A stretch of DNA of 61,196 nucleotides, counting the filler, from Stramenopiles sp. TOSAG23-2 (lineage: Eukaryota): assembly GCA_900128395.1 (NCBI GenBank). It is 5 parts of 5 records of this genome, joined end to end, with 100 filler letters (N's around TTAATTAATTAA, not from the genome) between each part and the next. Parts side by side here need not be neighbours in the genome. Positions count along the whole stretch, not along the records: positions 49,070 to 61,196 come from LT649876.1; 4 more parts are not named here. The stretch is one strand, 5' to 3'. The notes beneath the pieces are model-generated. The model saw only the letters and a program-made list of their open reading frames with translations, had not been told where the DNA came from and did no database searches. This document shows, piece by piece, positions 56,893-61,196 of this stretch. Position numbers and translations under genes: made by a program. Every line of letters begins with the position of its first letter. Within the stretch, counting starts at the first letter, position 1.

Positions 56893-57867
56893 TCATGACA
56901 AAACATTATCTGGACACGGATTGGCATTACAATAACTTGTCAAATTTACATGATCAAATAAATCAACCTCGAATTCTTTTGTATAATTCAACATGGTACG
57001 GTCTGGCACGCCACCAACTGTCGTAAAATATGTAGAATCGTATTTTAAAATGTCTAATATTTCCAAGTAAATAGGTCGAAAAGATTGTGGATTTAATGAT
57101 CCACTAATGGTGACATTTTTAAATTTGCCTAAATTTGATGCTCCATCATGCATACTAAGTCTTCTATCTGCAAAAAATTCCATTGTCCTTCTAGTTGCAC
57201 AACATGTGCGACATTGCTCTACGCGTATCACTTCCCAACCTGCAACTTTCTGCGATATATCAGCATTTATTACTTTTTCATCTAAAGTTTTGAAACTTTT
57301 TCCTTTCTTTTTGCAATAATTTTTCCCTTCTTCTGCACTATTATACGGGCAGACTTGATTTGTTGTTGTACATTTACGACATTCATTCCCACGATAGATG
57401 CTTTGTACAATATCAAACATTATATGTTCATCTATATCAGGGATTGGATTGCAAGGTGTGCACGGACTTTTTAAAGAGCAAAATGCACCTTCCCCGAACA
57501 CACAGTCTCTACTACTCCAACGAGGCGTTTTACCACCTTTATCAGAGTACACACAAGAGTTTAAAATTAATTTCGAAGCTCTTAAATCTGATAAGGGTAG
57601 CTTCGTTGCAGGTCTTACAAGGTTAAACGCCACAGTTACCAATATTACAAAAGAAAAAGATACTACTGCATTTTTTCCAGCATGGATAGTTCTTTTATCT
57701 AATAATTTTGTAAAAACATATACACAAAAAGCAGTAAGTACAATTGCAGTTAAAGAGTATATTGTATTTGTACGCAAAGCTTCCAAGTCACCATAATGCC
57801 TAGTTTCGATTTTAAAATTCTGATCTCTTTCAGTCCAGTATGCGCTTGCATATGATGATGTAGACAT
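56893..57867 (-). CDS. Uncharacterised membrane protein with two TM helices and a Cys-rich C-terminal region
   Basis: Two hydrophobic segments followed by multiple Cys, including CxxC motifs. Confidence 0.7.
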   Translation of the reverse strand: MSTSSYASAYWTERDQNFKIETRHYGDLEALRTNTIYSLTAIVLTAFCVYVFTKLLDKRTIHAGKNAVVSFSFVILVTVAFNLVRPATKLPLSDLRASKLILNSCVYSDKGGKTPRWSSRDCVFGEGAFCSLKSPCTPCNPIPDIDEHIMFDIVQSIYRGNECRKCTTTNQVCPYNSAEEGKNYCKKKGKSFKTLDEKVINADISQKVAGWEVIRVEQCRTCCATRRTMEFFADRRLSMHDGASNLGKFKNVTISGSLNPQSFRPIYLEILDILKYDSTYFTTVGGVPDRTMLNYTKEFEVDLFDHVNLTSYCNANPCPDNVLS

Positions 57868-58684
57868 TCTTAATAAAATGATTCAATTGTTTTACTAATG
57901 TTACTTGCTAGATAAATATATATGTAAGATATATATTATATATATAGAAATCATCGAGGAAAATACTTTTATAATTAAAGACGTATTATATATATTATCA
58001 AACTTCATAATACCTATAATAAATACTATCACACTACCACCTGTGATAATAATTATTAATATTCAAAAAATATAATATTTTTTTAACGACTGCCAAAGTG
58101 CCATAGTAAAGCATGCAATAATAGGACAGCCTGGAGGACAGCTCGCTTATACATAAATACTGGCAAGAAAAAAAAAGGCTGGCGGCGGTCCAATTTTTCA
58201 AACCATTTTTACATTCTCTACTATACTTATTCCCACTTTTCAATAATTCCTATTATAATACCTTAATACTCTAGAATTACTATCCTGATAGCATGGCAGG
58301 CAAAATGAAAATTACAATTGCCTAAAATATCTATTTTGATAAAATAGGTGTGGAAAACCTAATAAGATAATATGCTTTATTTTATACCCATTTAACATAT
58401 ACACAGTACTGTATCTTAAAATCATCATAGTTGGAGTTTTTTTGTTAGAATAAAAAAAAGATACATCTGTAGTACTTATTTTATTTTACGTGCACTCCAG
58501 CACTCCTGGCACTTCTTCAAAAGAAATTACCTGGTGTAGCACATAAGGGAAATTTAGTGCGATTCAAAAACTAAAACGCACATTGTTTAAATAAATGATC
58601 ACAGCAAAGAGGGCAGTAGAACATTGTAAGAAACGACAAAGCTGCTGTATAAAGACTTAGAACATAGAAGACAGGACTTTTAAC

Positions 58685-60922
58685 ATGTCTACGAATAATA
58701 ATGTTATTGAATCTCCATTGGCATTGTCGGAATTATTAGGCTTTGATGTTACAAAATGCAAGGATTCAACAGAAGCTGCTATTACAACACAAAATAAAGT
58801 ATCACAACTGCGAGCACAAATAAATGCAACGATAAATAAACAATGCTCTGGTTTTTTGACTGATTTTGATTCGTCTTTACAATCGAAAGACAATATTAAG
58901 GATATTCATCATGCTCTTGATCTTACGATACATGAACTTATTGATCCGAATAAATCAAGCATTTTTTCCAAAAGTGAAAATGAAGAAACTAATGCTTTAA
59001 CGAAGAAATATAATGAAAAGAAAATAATTGTAAATGCACTAAAAATATTAAGTGAATTAAATGCTGATTTTTTAAGTTTCGATAATTTTCTAGATAAAGC
59101 TGGCAATATAGAAAATGCAGCAAATATATTAGTAAATAGTAAAGAAAAATATTTTGAAAACGTCGATGTGTTAACTGTAATACCAAGAAATAGTCAAATA
59201 TTTCAGACAACGCAAGAGCTATATGTAAAAAAAATTAAAAAGATTCAATCAAAATTAAATGAAATATTCACTTCGCTTACTTCATTCTCAACAACAAATA
59301 ATAACAATGAAAATAATAATAACAAGTTAGCTATTCATACAATGCATATTAAAGAAAAAATTAAAATGGGATCGAATAATATTCATTTTTCACAAATTTG
59401 GTCATCATTCCGTGTGCTTGATTTACTAGAAACTAAACTTGAAGTTTTTGGAAATGATATATTAAATACACTTATAACGCCACTGATTCAACATCCAACA
59501 TCAATAATTCATTTAAGTAAAAAGAAATTTTCTGATGGCAGTGAAGAATTTATCATTACCGTGAAATCGCCAGCGATTAACGATGCAGCATCTTTTACTA
59601 CTACTAAAAATGATGAAATAAAAAAGTATACGCCAACTGAAATGTTCAAGCGTGTATTCAATATTATTAATTTTATATATGAAAAAATCTTTGGTAATAC
59701 CAATAATAATGTACAAAAAATTGCGTTTACAATTTTTAGCAATTATTTATGGAATGGAAGAAGAAGAAGTAGAGATACTATTGGTGGATCGAACAATCAT
59801 ACTGGGAATAACAACGAATGGAAGAATGAAAATAACAACAGCGATACAAATCAAGACATAGGCTTGATATCAGGCAAAGGCGATAATTTATGTTTAATAC
59901 TACTAAAGCAATTACAGGTATTATTACAACAAGAGCATCTATTATTAAAAGCTTCAGGCTTAGAACTTTTACAAAAACATACAAGGTTATTTGAAGAAAA
60001 ATTAATACGTATAGGATTTTTACCAACCGATCAATTGGGCCAAACTAGGATTTCAACATACATAAATTCGCTTGACGTTTTAGAAGCAAAAAAACGACAA
60101 AGTACATTGTTAGGGAAGGCACGTTCCACCATGTTAGGCGATTATTTCAATTCTATTGTTGTTGATGAAAATAATAATTCTTCTCCTGAAGTTTTTGATG
60201 AAAAAAATGATACTATATCTACAAATGATGATGATGATGATGGTATTGGTCAAACAGCAGCAGCATTTGTGTTGGAAAAAATGGCAGTGACAATATGTGC
60301 GAAAAAAATTATTTCATATGCCCATAATGCTTTTCAAGAAATGGATGAATGCACTGAGAAAGGTAAAATAACTGTTTGGTCTGCAGTCAAAGATATGTTT
60401 TCATTATTTTGTGCAATTGTTCCATCTATTCATGGAGAGAAGATTCATAATATGCCGCGTATTGCAATGTTACATTATAACGATTGTTTGTATATTTGCC
60501 ATCATCTATTGATATTTGGCCACATGTATGGTAAATATGAAGTTTTTGACCATGTAAATAACTTCAAAAACCTGATTACATTAGCAAATACTTTTAGACA
60601 AATGGCTGGAAAAATTTATGCCTTTGAAATGCGCAGACAGCATGTAGAAATTAATATCTTAATGCAAAATATTGAGGAAGAAAACCAAAACAGTAAATCA
60701 TCGGAATTGGCAAAAAAAGGCATCGCAATGCATCTGTCCCGTTTATACAAAGTATGGTCCGAAGTGCTAGGTAAGATAACACTTCAGCAAACGATTGGCT
60801 TGTTAGTATCGAAAATACCGAATTCATTGTTTCCAGATATCATTTCCTATTTTAATACTGCAAAGGATATAGAATTTTTTGAAAGTTGTAGGAAAATGTG
60901 TAATTTTCATTCCAGTCAATAA
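58685..60922 (+). CDS. ZW10: Centromere/kinetochore and ER-tether protein ZW10 homolog
   Basis: HGEKIHNMPRIAMLHYNDCLYICHHLL matches the ZW10 C-terminal signature; LLGKARSTM; LSRLYKVWSEVL. Confidence 0.8.
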   Translation: MSTNNNVIESPLALSELLGFDVTKCKDSTEAAITTQNKVSQLRAQINATINKQCSGFLTDFDSSLQSKDNIKDIHHALDLTIHELIDPNKSSIFSKSENEETNALTKKYNEKKIIVNALKILSELNADFLSFDNFLDKAGNIENAANILVNSKEKYFENVDVLTVIPRNSQIFQTTQELYVKKIKKIQSKLNEIFTSLTSFSTTNNNNENNNNKLAIHTMHIKEKIKMGSNNIHFSQIWSSFRVLDLLETKLEVFGNDILNTLITPLIQHPTSIIHLSKKKFSDGSEEFIITVKSPAINDAASFTTTKNDEIKKYTPTEMFKRVFNIINFIYEKIFGNTNNNVQKIAFTIFSNYLWNGRRRSRDTIGGSNNHTGNNNEWKNENNNSDTNQDIGLISGKGDNLCLILLKQLQVLLQQEHLLLKASGLELLQKHTRLFEEKLIRIGFLPTDQLGQTRISTYINSLDVLEAKKRQSTLLGKARSTMLGDYFNSIVVDENNNSSPEVFDEKNDTISTNDDDDDGIGQTAAAFVLEKMAVTICAKKIISYAHNAFQEMDECTEKGKITVWSAVKDMFSLFCAIVPSIHGEKIHNMPRIAMLHYNDCLYICHHLLIFGHMYGKYEVFDHVNNFKNLITLANTFRQMAGKIYAFEMRRQHVEINILMQNIEEENQNSKSSELAKKGIAMHLSRLYKVWSEVLGKITLQQTIGLLVSKIPNSLFPDIISYFNTAKDIEFFESCRKMCNFHSSQ

Positions 60923-61080
60923 TAAAAATAGTAATTAGTATTCTAAATCTGTACTTGAATTTTTAAACCACTCACCACCACATAGAAAAATACCAGCATT
61001 AACTGCTATCTGCTATCATCCATGCTGGCATGGGAATAGCTCTACCAAAACATATTAAAAATACAGCAACCATCTAGCTG

Positions 61081-61120
61081 GGCTAGCTAGAGCTACCACC
61101 AGGTGGTAGCTCAGCTAGCC
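61081..61120. other. GC-rich palindrome (~19-bp stem, one bulge)
   Basis: GGCTAGCT-A-GAGCTACCACC-A-GGTGGTAGCTC-AGCTAGCC. Confidence 0.85.
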
Positions 61121-61196
61121 GCCTAGGACCTAGATTATCTAGCCTTAGGTAGATTCTAAATGCGGACGAGGCGGACCCAAATCAATGGGACCGTAA

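Overview
Eukaryotic nuclear DNA from a very AT-rich, gene-dense, intron-poor protist. It has poly-Asn/Gln-rich proteins and a flagellar gene (CCDC113), so a stramenopile-like flagellate is plausible, but that is only inference. The window is not one locus. It is five unrelated ~12.1-12.2 kb contigs joined by artificial 100-nt spacers (N44-TTAATTAATTAA-N44), so gene neighbourhood across the spacers is meaningless. About 30 protein genes are visible: a double-bZIP TF, SDR, HDAC-family protein, UIM/SIM protein, ankyrin protein, MFS transporter, MORN-repeat protein, MULE-like Zn-finger protein, SAM methyltransferase, BUD31, ARF, divergent PITP, sulfite oxidase, TRAP1, L/F-tRNA-protein transferase homolog, CDK5RAP3, AP2 TF, NUP62, SIM-RING ligase, PLAC8, CCDC113, PEX1, RluA pseudouridine synthase and ZW10. 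Four spliceosomal introns missed by the ORF track were reconstructed by hand, all with an NACTAAC branch point. The most striking item appears only after splicing: a secreted protein of 14 C-x3/5-C-x-[YF] ~10-residue repeats, a candidate disulfide-braced Tyr-ladder solenoid reminiscent of midge antifreeze protein. Also notable are a dispersed repeat found only between convergent genes, GC-rich palindromes in intergenic regions, and a BUD31 lacking 5 of its 9 zinc-cluster cysteines. No tRNA, rRNA or CRISPR array was found.
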